A stretch of DNA of 63,571 nt, filler included, from Octopus bimaculoides (lineage: Eukaryota): NCBI RefSeq assembly GCF_001194135.2. It is 7 parts of 7 records of this genome, joined end to end, with 100 filler letters (N's around TTAATTAATTAA, not from the genome) between each part and the next. Parts side by side here need not be neighbours in the genome. Positions count along the whole stretch, not along the records: positions 43,829 to 53,926 come from NC_069004.1; positions 54,027 to 56,021 come from NW_026361310.1; positions 56,122 to 61,471 come from NC_068995.1; positions 61,572 to 63,571 come from NW_026415929.1; 3 more parts are not named here. The stretch is one strand, 5' to 3'. The position numbers and the translations under genes were made by a program. Positions 48,991 through 63,387 of this stretch are shown here, piece by piece. Below the pieces are notes generated by a model. It made no database searches, was not told the origin of the DNA, and saw only the letters and a program-made list of their open reading frames with translations. The number at the start of each line of letters is the position of its first letter. Positions within the stretch are counted from its first letter, which is position 1.

Positions 48991-50189
48991 GCAGAGTGAA
49001 TGAATTTGAGTCATTGTTAACATAATTTACTTTAAGGCATGGATGAATTACGCTTAGCTTTAGAGGTGACAATGAAGGTTCGAAATCTGACGCTAGGCAC
49101 CACAACGAAAGTATCCTCTCGAGGTACAGCGTGTCCGTCCTACTCTTTCTAATCTCACTGAACTCTCTCTCTCCCCCCTCTCTCTCTCTCTCNNNNNNNN
49201 NNNNNNNNNNNNNNNNNNNNNNNNNNNNNNNNNNNNNNNNNNNNNNNNNNNNNNNNNNNNNNNNNNNNNNNNNNNNNNNNNNNNNNNNNNNNNNNNNNNN
49301 NNNNNNNNNNNNNNNNNNNNNNNNNNNNNNNNNNNNNNNNNNNNNNNNNNNNNNNNNNNNNNNNNNNNNNNNNNNNNNNNNNNNNNNNNNNNNNNNNNNN
49401 NNNNNNNNNNNNNNNNNNNNNNNNNNNNNNNNNNNNNNNNNNNNNNNNNNNNNNNNNNNNNNNNNNNNNNNNNNNNNNNNNNNNNNNNNNNNNNNNNNNN
49501 NNNNNNNNNNNNNNNNNNNNNNNNNNNNNNNNNNNNNNNNNNNNNNNNNNNNNNNNNNNNNNNNNNNNNNNNNNNNNNNNNNNNNNNNNNNNNNNNNNNN
49601 NNNNNNNNNNNNNNNNNNNNNNNNNNNNNNNNNNNNNNNNNNNNNNNNNNNNNNNNNNNNNNNNNNNNNNNNNNNNNNNNNNNNNNNNNNNNNNNNNNNN
49701 NNNNNNNNNNNNNNNNNNNNNNNNNNNNNNNNNNNNNNNNNNNNNNNNNNNNNNNNNNNNNNNNNNNNNNNNNNNNNNNNNNNNNNNNNNNNNNNNNNNN
49801 NNNNNNNNNNNNNNNNNNNNNNNNNNNNNNNNNNNNNNNNNNNNNNNNNNNNNNNNNNNNNNNNNNNNNNNNNNNNNNNNNNNNNNNNNNNNNNNNNNNN
49901 NNNNNNNNNNNNNNNNNNNNNNNNNNNNNNNNNNNNNNNNNNNNNNNNNNNNNNNNNNNNNNNNNNNNNNNNNNNNNNNNNNNNNNNNNNNNNNNNNNNN
50001 NNNNNNNNNNNNNNNNNNNNNNNNNNNNNNNNNNNNNNNNNNNNNNNNNNNNNNNNNNNNNNNNNNNNNNNNNNNNNNNNNNNNNNNNNNNNNNNNNNNN
50101 NNNNNNNNNNNNNNNNNNNNNNNNNNNNNNNNNNNNNNNNNNNNNNNNNNNNNNNNNNNNNNNNNNNNNNNNNNNNNNNNNNNNNNNNN

Positions 50190-50262
<73 letters not shown>

Positions 50263-51039
50263 ACATACGTATACGTAGGCACACACACAAACACATACAC
50301 ACACTTCCGGTATAGTTATTATTCATTTTGCGGTACGAAGAAAAGCCATAACCGTGTTGAGAAGTGCGAAGAGTATCCGACTTATATTTTGCACGACACC
50401 TTTTATTTCTGTTCAGATCTTAATCATTTCCGCCTTACGGGTTCAGAATAGGATTCCATACAGGATTGCTAAGGAATAATTCTATAAGACTGAAACAGAT
50501 AGAAAAGATACACACTCACAGAAAAAAAAAACGAATGATAAAAATAAAAATAATTATAATAGATAAAATAAACAATATCATGATGACTAACCTGCTGAAG
50601 ATCGGCGTCCTATCCCGGAGGAGGCATGTCTGCTACTTCAATCTCTGCTCTTCTTTCTCTATCTCTATCTTTCTGTTACTCTTTGTGGAAAATCGTGAAA
50701 CCCTCAGACAATGAGAATGTGATGTGATTACACGAAATCCGAAATAGTGTAAAAAAAAAAAAAAAAAAAAAACAGGAAAGAAAGAAAAAGAGAAAGATTC
50801 TGTTTAGCTTATCTGAAAGATAGAAAAAGAAAGTAAAGAAGGGAAAAAATTAAAAGATGTCTATAATAGGTGACAAATATGGTAATCCTCTATATTATAG
50901 GCACGAAACCTGAAGAGATGAATATAACAACGTGTTTCGAGACAGACGATAATCAATAACCATTTCGGTAGAGTGAAGCTGATTTATAACCACNNNNNNN
51001 NNNNNNNNNNNNNNNNNNNNNNNNNNNNNNNNNNNNNNN

Positions 51040-51418
51040 NATAGTCGATTACATCGACCCCCAGTACTTGACTGGTACTTAATTTATCGACCCCGAAAGG
51101 ATGAAAGGCGAAGTCAAACTCAGAACGGAGAGTCAGACGAAATAGCGCTGAGCATTTCGCCCGGGGGGTGCTGACGATTCTGCCAGCTCGCCGCCTTAAT
51201 AAAAAAAATTTTCTACTATAAGCACGAGGCCCGGATTTTTTGGAGAGGGAGATAGTCGATCACACTGACCCCAGTGTTACACTGGTACTTAATTTATCGA
51301 CCCCGAAATGATGAAAGGCTAAGTCGACCTCGATGGAAATTGAACTGAGGACTGAGATCGAAATACCGCTAAGGATTTCGCCCGACGCTTTAACAATTCT
51401 ACCAGCTCGCCGCCTATT
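51040..51418 (-). mobile_element. Two family A SINEs
   Basis: Reverse-complement heads end ...CCAGCTCGCCGCCT at about 51197 and 51416. Confidence 0.8.
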
Positions 51419-51870
51419 TGGTGGATTGTTTGGCTTTCAAAAATTCGAGCCTGGCTACTTGATACCTTAAAAGGTTACTTGATGCATTAAAAAACGTAAG
51501 GTCTGGTTATTTGACAGATAAAAGTTATTTCAATCAAGATTCGAACCGTCAGACATTTTACCCACTCGACCAGGTACAGATTTAAGAGAATAAACAAGTT
51601 GTATGAGAAACAAAGTATTAATGAGAAAATAAAAATTAATGAGGGGATTAACGAACGTTAAAATTGATGACGGATGGAATTAACGAACAAAATAATTAAT
51701 AATTAAAGATAGAAGTAATTAAACTAAATGTATTATCAGTCGATGTCTCTGCAATTCTGGGTTTGTCCTAGGAATTTCATTGGATATTCGATGTTTGTCA
51801 AACGTATCTTTTATTTAAAACTAGCTGACCCTAGTTATACTACTCGTTCGCCTACTCCGTGATTTTGAAC

Positions 51871-51916
<46 letters not shown>

Positions 51917-52296
51917 TACACACACATATACATACATATATATGTATATATTTATAAATGAATATATATGTATGTATGTATGTATGTATATATATATATA
52001 TATATAATCAACCAACACTGCATGGTGTGAAGTAAACTTCGTATTAAAACACAACTTGGGAAAGTTCATGACTGCTTTTTAACTGACTTTCCCCGCCAAG
52101 GAGATTGTTTGTAGTACAGAAGATAAGTGAATCACGCTTGTCCATATTTAATGTGATTGGGATACATTAAGATAACACGAGCAATGTCAGATAAAACATC
52201 TTAAGGTTGTTCCAAAAGTACATTTATAACATCAAAGCAATCCAGTATCAATTCGGTAATAATTATCTATCTATCTATCTATCTATCCATCTATCC

Positions 52297-52338
<42 letters not shown>

Positions 52339-52351
52339 TTATCTATTCTAG

Positions 52352-52590
52352 ACACGCGCTGAGAGTGCGACATCTCCGGCTCTACGTAGACNNNNNNNNN
52401 NNNNNNNNNNNNNNNNNNNNNNNNNNNNNNNNNNNNNNNNTTTGTGAGGCGCGCTTTCCCACAGCTCGTCTCCATGACCGAACTGCAGTCGTGGATTAAA
52501 AAGAGGCCGAGGAAGGGCGAATGGCACCGCGAGTGTCGCGGCACTATCATGGACTCGACATCTCGTCCAACGCTCCAAGAATTCTCTAAG
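52352..52590 (+). CDS. Candidate coding exon of an unidentified gene (split by a gap)
   Basis: Acceptor tattctag|, then HALRVRHLRLYVD [49 N] FVRRAFPQLVSMTELQSWIKKRPRKGEWHRECRGTIMDSTSRPTLQEFSK. GC3 is about 68% by hand count in an AT-rich context. No family recognised; donor uncertain. Confidence 0.35.
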
Positions 52591-53298
52591 TCCGTCTACT
52601 GCTTTAGATTGGTACTCCAATCTGAAGACAATGAAATCAACGTTGATCTCGGCAGGATTCGAAGTCAGAACGCAGTGTGCCAAAACAAACGTGTCAATTT
52701 ATTATGTGAATCTCAGGAAATTCTTTTACTTACTGTATTATTCCCGTAAATTTTAAATATAATTCTACTCTACTATTGTATATTTTGGATTTATATTTAA
52801 ATTTTCCTTTTCATTTATATAATAAATATAATTTTTGGTTTTGTTTTCATTTTTTATATAGTTTGCTTTTCTTTATATTTATTTAAGAATGCTTAACTTT
52901 TTATTGAAAGAGTAAACGAATTCAACTACACAGACATAAGAAAATTAAAAATGTCTGAGATGCCACGTAGTGGGACTGAACCTGGAAATGTGTGGTTGAG
53001 AAGCAAGTTTCTTATCGTACAGCCACGCCTACAGCTTCTGTTCTTTTATATTTACCGTATATGAATGTATTACTTAGTTTGCAATGTAAATTGCTTTTGC
53101 ATCTGAAGCTGTGTGGCATTTGTCATCTTCTCTAAGTTACTTCATTAATTTTGATATGAGACGATGTGACTCTGATATATTGAGTAATTCATTCTTTTGA
53201 TCAATTCCTTTTTTTCCTTCAAATGATATATACAAACTATATGTAAGCTGACTGCTAACAAGCTGTTGACTACGATCCACAGGGTTTCCTTGAATTGA

Positions 53299-53334
<36 letters not shown>

Positions 53335-53339
53335 AGTGA

Positions 53340-53690
53340 CAAAAAATTGAATTCCCAAGACTCTCGTGAATTCTCTCAAAGGAAAAACCGAAGTAAATTC
53401 AGTGACTTATACCTCTATAATCTTTTTGGCATCAGGTAGCCGAATACTATGGACGGGCTGACGTTACGATTTCTTTGAAAATCAAAGAGAAAAAGGATAA
53501 TGACGGACAACTGGTTCGAAACTTCCACCTTCTATGCCCGTCTCATAAATTCACATTTATACCAATAATAATTGGTGCGCTTGGTTTAGTGAGTAAATGC
53601 TGAAGTGACAATCTGGATTATCTAGAGTTTACAGAACAAAGAACTCAACCGACTAACTCACACATGACGAATACAATCTGTAAGGGGAAG
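53340..53690 (+). mobile_element. R4/Dong-like 3' endonuclease remnant
   Basis: KEKKDNDGQLVRNFHLLCPSHKFTFIPIIIGALGLV. Confidence 0.65.
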
Positions 53691-54304
53691 AGTAAAAATG
53701 TGCAAGACTTTGTTTTTGTTATCTATGTTCTAACGATGAAGCTTTGCATCATTGTTAGAAACGAGCTTCTTGCTCAGAGGAAGAATTTAAATAATTAAAA
53801 GCAGAAGAGAACATATATACGTACTACGTACATAAATACTTATATGCACATCTACATAAATACATGCATACACACATACATATATACATAGATACATACG
53901 TATGTACGTACATATATATATATATANNNNNNNNNNNNNNNNNNNNNNNNNNNNNNNNNNNNNNNNNNNNTTAATTAATTAANNNNNNNNNNNNNNNNNN
54001 NNNNNNNNNNNNNNNNNNNNNNNNNNTATATATATATATATATTGTACATATATTTATATTCACGTATTCATGTATATCTCTATTGGTGTACCTATATAT
54101 ATGTGTGATTGTGTGTGCATGTATGGGCAAATATGTATGCATTCATGTGTGTGTGTGGTGGGGTGTATGGGGGGTGATCTCAAAGTTAGGGAACTGGGCA
54201 ACATCACTGTATACAGAAGGGGGAAAATTTAATTGCTGAAAATGTGAGTTTGGCAGATGAATGAAGATTATGGTGTGGAAAGTTTAGCTCTGTAGCCTAA
54301 GTTA

Positions 54305-54339
<35 letters not shown>

Positions 54340-54673
54340 TTAACAAGATTGAAGTTTACATACACCTTTATATGTATATGCATATATGCTCACAGATATG
54401 TGTGTGTGTGAATTACCTACATATGTATTGTATAAATGCATTTTCACTTGTATGTGTGCATACATGAAGAACATTGTGGCTTGTTTGTGCTTGCAGTGTA
54501 AATTATGTATATAGATTATGTATTCATATGTTTAGCATATGTATAAATATATACATGAGAAATAATTTGGACAAATCCGTATAATTTGATTAGTGTGCTA
54601 AGATGTTGAGTAGAGCACCGGCATAGTTTAGGCTACCTGGTGTCATCTGCAAGTGTGGCACGCTTCCATTGGA

Positions 54674-54710
<37 letters not shown>

Positions 54711-55763
54711 CAAATAAAAGGGTAAAGGATTATCAATTTATTAATTTATTAATAAATTAATAATTAATCATTTTTATCAAGCCCTTCGGTATGTAAACAC
54801 CATTATTGGTGAAGAACTTATTTAAAAGTTCTTATAAATATATATACATATTTCTGCTATTTCTGAACTTCGGTATCTGGTGAAGCAATTGTTGCTGATC
54901 CCTTAATTATGTTTATATATATACATATATATACACATACATATACATATATATATATATATATATACATACATATATATATATACATACATATATATAT
55001 ACATACACATATATATGCATATACATATATATACATACACATATATATGCATATACATATATATACATACACATATATGCGTATACATATATATACATAC
55101 ACATATATATGCATATACATATATATACATACACACATATATATATATATANNNNNNNNNNNNNNNNNNNNNNNNNNNNNNNNNNNNNNNNNNNNNNNNN
55201 NNNNNNNNNNNNNNNNNNNNNNNNNNNNNNNNNNNNNNNNNNNNNNNNNNNNNNNNNNNNNNNNNNNNNNNNNNNNNNNNNNNNNNNNNNNNNNNNNNNN
55301 NNNNNNNNNNNNNNNNNNNNNNNNNNNNNNNNNNNNNNNNNNNNNNNNNNNNNNNNNNNNNNNNNNNNNNNNNNNNNNNNNNNNNNNNNNNNNNNNNNNN
55401 NNNNNNNNNNNNNNNNNNNNNNNNNNNNNNNNNNNNNNNNNNNNNNNNNNNNNNNNNNNNNNNNNNNNNNNNNNNNNNNNNNNNNNNNNNNNNNNNNNNN
55501 NNNNNNNNNNNNNNNNNNNNNNNNNNNNNNNNNNNNNNNNNNNNNNNNNNNNNNNNNNNNNNNNNNNNNNNNNNNNNNNNNNNNNNNNNNNNNNNNNNNN
55601 NNNNNNNNNNNNNNNNNNNNNNNNNNNNNNNNNNNNNNNNNNNNNNNNNNNNNNNNNNNNNNNNNNNNNNNNNNNNNNNNNNNNNNNNNNNNNNNNNNNN
55701 NNNNNNNNNNNNNNNNNNNNNNNNNNNNNNNNNNNNNNNNNNNNNNNNNNNNNNNNNNNNNNN

Positions 55764-55835
55764 NTAACACCAAATATACAGTGCGTGTGTTTTTATTGGC
55801 TAAACTGGCAATATGACCATCCCCAAGTACAACAA
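55764..55835 (+). repeat. PLE terminal segment, copy of 688-760
   Basis: About 70 bp identical by eye; the 5' side is lost in a gap. Confidence 0.75.
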
Positions 55836-56327
55836 TATATATATATATATATATACATATATATACATATATATATACAGTATATATATACATACATACA
55901 TACATATACATACATACATACACACATATATATATGTATATACATATATATACATACACATATATATGCATATACATATATATATACATACACATATATA
56001 TGCATATACATATATATACATNNNNNNNNNNNNNNNNNNNNNNNNNNNNNNNNNNNNNNNNNNNNTTAATTAATTAANNNNNNNNNNNNNNNNNNNNNNN
56101 NNNNNNNNNNNNNNNNNNNNNTATATATATATATATATGCACACACATATATACAAATATACATACACAGATATACCTGCACATACATACATATACACAT
56201 ACATATATTCTACATGCATAGATGCATGCCTTGTTGATGTTTAAATTCCAATGAAAAACCTTTATTTCTCGGTCAGAATCCTCTTTCTTCTCCATTGGTG
56301 AGAAATTCTGAAACAGATAACAAAGGC

Positions 56328-56364
<37 letters not shown>

Positions 56365-56374
56365 NNNNNNNNNN

Positions 56375-56421
<47 letters not shown>

Positions 56422-57150
56422 AACCCGACGATCTTCCGCACAGTTCCCATTCTACCAAATTTGGTCACAAGACATTGGTCAACCCGGTGCCATAGTAAAA
56501 GACACGCAAGGTGTCGTGTTCGGTGAGATCGAAACCCAGACCACGTGGTTGCAAAGCTTGCTTCTTAATCTCACAGCCTTGTTTGTTGCGAGTTATGCAA
56601 TTTCTATTTTCTACTAAGATTAGCGATTTTAATTAGACTAATTTACTAGCAAAATGGCGCTTATTCAGAAGAAACTAATCGACAGTCACACGGATATAAA
56701 ATTAAGTCGAAGAATTAAATAAATTTTTCGTTTCAAAGGATTGTTTTTCTTCTCATCATTGTGCTGTTGGCCACACTGGGGCACCCCACAAGCTTTTGAA
56801 GTGGGTGGATTTAATGTGTGGCGAAAAGGCGGGAAGAAAGATAGGGTGGGGTAATACGATACCCTGACTGAGAGAGAGTGGAAAATGAAACCGCTACAAT
56901 GTCAGGTGTAATTATCTTTGATATTAGATATCAGTTATCATTTCGGTACTGGATATATTCATACACAAACACACGGACACACACACACTCACACACACGG
57001 ACACACATATATACGGACGAGCACGCACACACATGTACACACATATATACGGACGAGCACGCACACACATGTACACACACCCATACACCATATACACAGT
57101 TATATAATAAATATGAGACAGACATACATGTGTCTTTATGTGCGCATACA

Positions 57151-57191
<41 letters not shown>

Positions 57192-58976
57192 TTATTGCTT
57201 TCATAGATAGAAATCAAAAATAAACAAAAATAAAGAAAAAACATCAGCGATGGTAAAAAATATGATCCAAGATGTGAAATATTTATTATGGAGGGGAATT
57301 TTTATCATTTCCTCTGAGTGTCATTTTGACGCTTATTCAGACAGTGTGTGTGTGTTGTATGTGTCCATGTGTGTGTACTACAAACACTCACGCACACACA
57401 CACACACATATATATATATAGGAAGAGAGAGAGACTGAGAGAGCGAGAGAAAGAGAGATGCGGGAGAAAGATGTGTGTGCTTGTGTGTGTACATATATGT
57501 ATGTATATATATCTATATGTACATATATATTTATATATATGTATGTATGTGTAGATAGATAGATAGGTATATACGTACACACACATACACACGTATATAT
57601 ATAAACATTCATAAGCATATACATTAATACATGCACACATACATATGCACATACACACACACACAAACGTATATATATATATCATACAAGCATACGCACA
57701 TAAACTCATACTAACAGACGTGCAAACACACACACACACACACACACCNNNNNNNNNNNNNNNNNNNNNNNNNNNNNNNNNNNNNNNNNNNNNNNNNNNN
57801 NNNNNNNNNNNNNNNNNNNNNNNNNNNNNNNNNNNNNNNNNNNNNNNNNNNNNNNNNNNNNNNNNNNNNNNNNNNNNNNNNNNNNNNNNNNNNNNNNNNN
57901 NNNNNNNNNNNNNNNNNNNNNNNNNNNNNNNNNNNNNNNNNNNNNNNNNNNNNNNNNNNNNNNNNNNNNNNNNNNNNNNNNNNNNNNNNNNNNNNNNNNN
58001 NNNNNNNNNNNNNNNNNNNNNNNNNNNNNNNNNNNNNNNNNNNNNNNNNNNNNNNNNNNNNNNNNNNNNNNNNNNNNNNNNNNNNNNNNNNNNNNNNNNN
58101 NNNNNNNNNNNNNNNNNNNNNNNNNNNNNNNNNNNNNNNNNNNNNNNNNNNNNNNNNNNNNNNNNNNNNNNNNNNNNNNNNNNNNNNNNNNNNNNNNNNN
58201 NNNNNNNNNNNNNNNNNNNNNNNNNNNNNNNNNNNNNNNNNNNNNNNNNNNNNNNNNNNNNNNNNNNNNNNNNNNNNNNNNNNNNNNNNNNNNNNNNNNN
58301 NNNNNNNNNNNNNNNNNNNNNNNNNNNNNNNNNNNNNNNNNNNNNNNNNNNNNNNNNNNNNNNNNNNNNNNNNNNNNNNNNNNNNNNNNNNNNNNNNNNN
58401 NNNNNNNNNNNNNNNNNNNNNNNNNNNNNNNNNNNNNNNNNNNNNNNNNNNNNNNNNNNNNNNNNNNNNNNNNNNNNNNNNNNNNNNNNNNNNNNNNNNN
58501 NNNNNNNNNNNNNNNNNNNNNNNNNNNNNNNNNNNNNNNNNNNNNNNNNNNNNNNNNNNNNNNNNNNNNNNNNNNNNNNNNNNNNNNNNNNNNNNNNNNN
58601 NNNNNNNNNNNNNNNNNNNNNNNNNNTATATATATATATATATCCTTGTTTGTATGTTTGTGTGTGAATGTCTTGAGCAAGTTCTTAATCGCTGACGGAC
58701 AAATTCCTCCAATGAAATTCCTCTCCATTTCACGTCTAGTTTATATAATTTATATGACATACGAGAAAGGGTTGGGTAACAACGCACTTCAGGGTGGCTA
58801 CCCCTCTAACATAAAAAGGCATGAGAAATCATAGTTATGTCATCCATTCTGTCTTTTATAGGTTCTTGTTTTTGCCTTAGAATTTTGTGTCACCGGAAAT
58901 TACAAGAATAATTTGCCAAATCTGCAAATTCAGAGATTTCGAGCAGAATAAATATTTCGACCATAAACAGAGTTAG

Positions 58977-59430
58977 AAGGCGGTGAGAGCTTGTAGAATC
59001 TTTAGCATGCCGGACAGAGTGCTTAGCGACGTTTCGTCCGTCTTTACGTTTTGAGTTCTACTTTCGTCAAGGTCGACTTTGCCTGTTATCGTTTCGTTGT
59101 TGATAAAATAGGAACCTGTTGACCACTGGGGGTCATTGTAATCGACTAACCCCTCCCCTCAAATTGCTGGCCGTGTGCCAAAATTTTAAACTGATATGTT
59201 AAGCAGTTGCAAGACATCAACCTGCCAGAATCGTTAGCGCGCCGGAAAAAATGCTTAACGGCATTTCGTCCGTCTTTATGTTCTGAGTTCAAATGCCGTC
59301 ATTGTCGACTTTGCCTTTCGTCCTTTCGGGGTCGACAATATAAGTACCAGTTGAGGACTGGGGTCGATGGAAACGACTTAACCCCTCCCCACCCAAAAAT
59401 CTTGCTGGCCTTGTGCCCTTTGTAGAAAGG
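58977..59430 (+). mobile_element. Two degraded family A SINEs
   Basis: AAGGCGGTGAG..TAGAATCTTTAGCATGCCGG and CCAGAATCGTTAGCGCGCCGG heads with the family A core. Confidence 0.75.
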
Positions 59431-60684
59431 ATCTGTTGCACAATCAAGTACGAATTCTCNNNNNNNNNNNNNNNNNNNNNNNNNNNNNNNNNNNNNNNNN
59501 NNNNNNNNNNNNNNNNNNNNNNNNNNNNNNNNNNNNNNNNNNNNNNNNNNNNNNNNNNNNNNNNNNNNNNNNNNNNNNNNNNNNNNNNNNNNNNNNNNNN
59601 NNNNNNNNNNNNNNNNNNNNNNNNNNNNNNNNNNNNNNNNNNNNNNNNNNNNNNNNNNNNNNNNNNNNNNNNNNNNNNNNNNNNNNNNNNNNNNNNNNNN
59701 NNNNNNNNNNNNNNNNNNNNNNNNNNNNNNNNNNNNNNNNNNNNNNNNNNNNNNNNNNNNNNNNNNNNNNNNNNNNNNNNNNNNNNNNNNNNNNNNNNNN
59801 NNNNNNNNNNNNNNNNNNNNNNNNNNNNNNNNNNNNNNNNNNNNNNNNNNNNNNNNNNNNNNNNNNNNNNNNNNNNNNNNNNNNNNNNNNNNNNNNNNNN
59901 NNNNNNNNNNNNNNNNNNNNNNNNNNNNNNNNNNNNNNNNNNNNNNNNNNNNNNNNNNNNNNNNNNNNNNNNNNNNNNNNNNTCAGCACCATCATCACTA
60001 TCACTGCCAACATCTCCATAACAAACACCACCCCCACCACCACCACCACCAATAACAACACTTCGCCGACACCCTTCCCAACCCCGCCAACATTATTATT
60101 ACTGAAATTTCCATTAGCCCTCACCATCCGTCGTCTCCGCACACCAAGTTCCTCGACCATACTGACACCCCCCACTCACATCCCGATATCCTCCGCATAC
60201 CCCAGATACCCAGCTCCTGCCCCGGCGCCCCGGCGCCCCGGCGACACAGGTTTTGTTCATGTAACAAAAACAATGGAGGAATTTGGAAATCTGGTCCCAG
60301 AATTTGGGGATTTTTTGTGAAAGAATGACCCTCCGCTGTTCCTTTGTTTCCTGTTTCATTCCCCAACCAACCAACCCCTACAACAGCCCCCTTACAATCT
60401 TTGAAGTGATGTGGATAAATAAACAAGGCTTGTCCCACTCCCGTGTCTGTTTGTCTCCTGAAATCTCACTGGTTCTGACCCCCTACTCTGATCCCAGTTT
60501 ATATTTAGCCCCTTGGAAAAACTGATGTCTTCACTATTCCTCAAATCCCATTTTTATTGAAGAGGAGGGGGAAGGGTGGTCGATCTCTGTCATCGTTTGA
60601 TGTTCACGTTTACACGACCGGGAATCGAAACCGCCACCCCAACACTAATTTCCATATAACACAATAGCACTCACCATCAACAAC

Positions 60685-61035
60685 GGCGGATTGGCAGAAC
60701 TGTTAAAGCGTCGGATGAAATGGTTTTTAGTAATTGTTTTGGCTCTTTACGTTCTGAGTTCAAATCTCATTGAAGACATGATTGTCTTTCATTCTTCCGA
60801 GGACAATACAATAAAGTACCTTGTGGTCAGAATGTGGTACTCACTTTCGTATCCCGGACCGGGTTACGCGTTGTATTCTTGAGCAAAACACTTCATTTCA
60901 CGTTGCCCCAGTCCACTCAGCTGTAAATGGTTAACTCTGTGATGGACTAGCATCCCATCCAGGGGAAATGTCGTGATCTCACTCTTTTATACGCCATGGA
61001 AACCGAGAAACTGGTCTTATAAGTCCTAGGGCTTG
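60685..61035 (+). mobile_element. Degraded family A SINE followed by family E/D SINE body
   Basis: GGCGGATTGGCAGAACTGTTA...TTCTGAGTTCAAAT, then TTCTTGAGCAAAACACTTCATTTCACGTTGCCCCAGTCCACTCAGCTG. Confidence 0.65.
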
Positions 61036-61571
61036 AGACAGTAACGTTTATTGGAAATTTTGCCGTCGGAAAATTCGCCGCAAAAACATAAATTGCAAAA
61101 AGCAAAACAAAAGATCAGCTGTTTTCTTAAAATGGCAACTTCATCAAAAAGACCTTACCAATAAGAGAAAGGGAATTTCTTTAAAACGAGTTCCCTCCTT
61201 TACAGTCTGTTTGTGTTCTTCCTTTTAGGGCGAAATTTCTATAGTAGAAGACACTTCCCCAAGGTGCCACGCAGTGGGACTGAACCCGGAACCATGTGTT
61301 TGGGAAGCAAGCTTCTTACCACACAGCCACACCTAGCTTTTACTATATTTCCTACATACGAACGGATTCGAAACAACTTCCGAGTTATACTACTACTGCA
61401 ACTACTACTACACTCACCACCACTACCACCTTCACCATCGCCACTACTAATATCACTATCACAACTAGTACNNNNNNNNNNNNNNNNNNNNNNNNNNNNN
61501 NNNNNNNNNNNNNNNTTAATTAATTAANNNNNNNNNNNNNNNNNNNNNNNNNNNNNNNNNNNNNNNNNNNN

Positions 61572-61606
<35 letters not shown>

Positions 61607-61694
61607 ACATTACACACCCACACACGCACGTACGCACGTACGCATGCAGGCACGCAGGCACGCACACGCGCACGCACACACACACACACGCGCG

Positions 61695-62050
61695 CATACA
61701 CACGAGAGAACCCAGTCATGGCTGTCAGACAATTCCTGCGACAACACCACCCCTAACATCTGGCCACCTAATACCCCAGACTGCAACCCCTTTCATTATT
61801 TTGTGTGGGGCGCAGTTGAACGAGAGACCAAGAAAACTCCTTGTTATACCAAACGTGAATTGAAGGCAAGGATTATGGTAGCATTCACCAACTTATACAA
61901 GGAGACAGTCCCGAAGAGTTGCAGGAGATTCCGAAGTCGTCTAGAGGCCATGGTTGAAGCCAACGGCGATTTTATGAAATAAATTTACGCTTTAGAATTT
62001 CAAGATATTCTAAAGTAATTTTGGTAAATATATCTATTAAAATGAGATGT
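61695..62050 (+). mobile_element. Tc1/mariner (maT/DD37D-like) transposase C-terminus
   Basis: WPPNTPDCNPFHYFVWGAVE...ELKARI...SCRRFRSRLEAMVEANGDF. Confidence 0.8.
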
Positions 62051-62938
62051 CAGTGTTATCTTCCTTTTTGAATAATTTAGAGACAATTCATTCACCGCAC
62101 TCTGTATATATATATATATATATATATATNNNNNNNNNNNNNNNNNNNNNNNNNNNNNNNNNNNNNNNNNNNNNNNNNNNNNNNNNNNNNNNNNNNNNNN
62201 NNNNNNNNNNNNNNNNNNNNNNNNNNNNNNNNNNNNNNNNNNNNNNNNNNNNNNNNNNNNNNNNNNNNNNNNNNNNNNNNNNNNNNNNNNNNNNNNNNNN
62301 NNNNNNNNNNNNNNNNNNNNNNNNNNNNNNNNNNNNNNNNNNNNNNNNNNNNNNNNNNNNNNNNNNNNNNNNNNNNNNNNNNNNNNNNNNNNNNNNNNNN
62401 NNNNNNNNNNNNNNNNNNNNNNNNNNNNNNNNNNNNNNNNNNNNNNNNNNNNNNNNNNNNNNNNNNNNNNNNNNNNNNNNNNNNNNNNNNNNNNNNNNNN
62501 NNNNNNNNNNNNNNNNNNNNNNNNNNNNNNNNNNNNNNNNNNNNNNNNNNNNNNNNNNNNNNNNNNNNNNNNNNNNNNNNNNNNNNNNNNNNNNNNNNNN
62601 NNNNNNNNNNNNNNNNNNNNNNNNNNNNNNNNNNNNNNNNNNNNNNNNNNNNNNNNNNNNNNNNNNNNNNNNNNNNNNNNNNNNNNNNNNNNNNNNNNNN
62701 NNNNNNNNNNNNNNNNNNNNNNNNNNNNNNNNNNNNNNNNNNNNNNNNNNNNNNNNNNNNNNNNNNNNNNNNNNNNNNNNNNNNNNNNNNNNNNNNNNNN
62801 NNNNNNNNNNNNNNNNNNNNNNNNNNNNNNNNNNNNNNNNNNNNNNNNNNNNNNNNNNNNNNNNNNNNNNNNNNNNNNNNNNNNNNNNNNNNNNNNNNNN
62901 NNNNNNNNNNNNNNNNNNNTGTGTGTGTGTGTGTGTAT

Positions 62939-62990
<52 letters not shown>

Positions 62991-63182
62991 GTATATGTAT
63001 ATACATATATATGTATGTATATATATACACACACATATATATGTACATACATATGTATATATATGTATATGCAAATGTATGTGTATATATACACACATAT
63101 ATATATGTGTGTACATATATATAAACACACATATATATGTATATACATATGTATGCATATATATATATATATACATATATAC

Positions 63183-63248
<66 letters not shown>

Positions 63249-63336
63249 CTGCACAATGTCCTTCCCTCTTTCTCTCTTTATTTGCATCTTTCTTTCCTTC
63301 TCTCCCTGACCTGACTTGACCTTGTTTCTTTCAAAG

Positions 63337-63387
<51 letters not shown>

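Noticed and set aside
52621-52650. CTGAAGA-CAAT-GAAA-TCAACGTTGA-TC as a hammerhead
   Set aside because: No stem II, and the segment aligns with a decayed minus-strand family A SINE.
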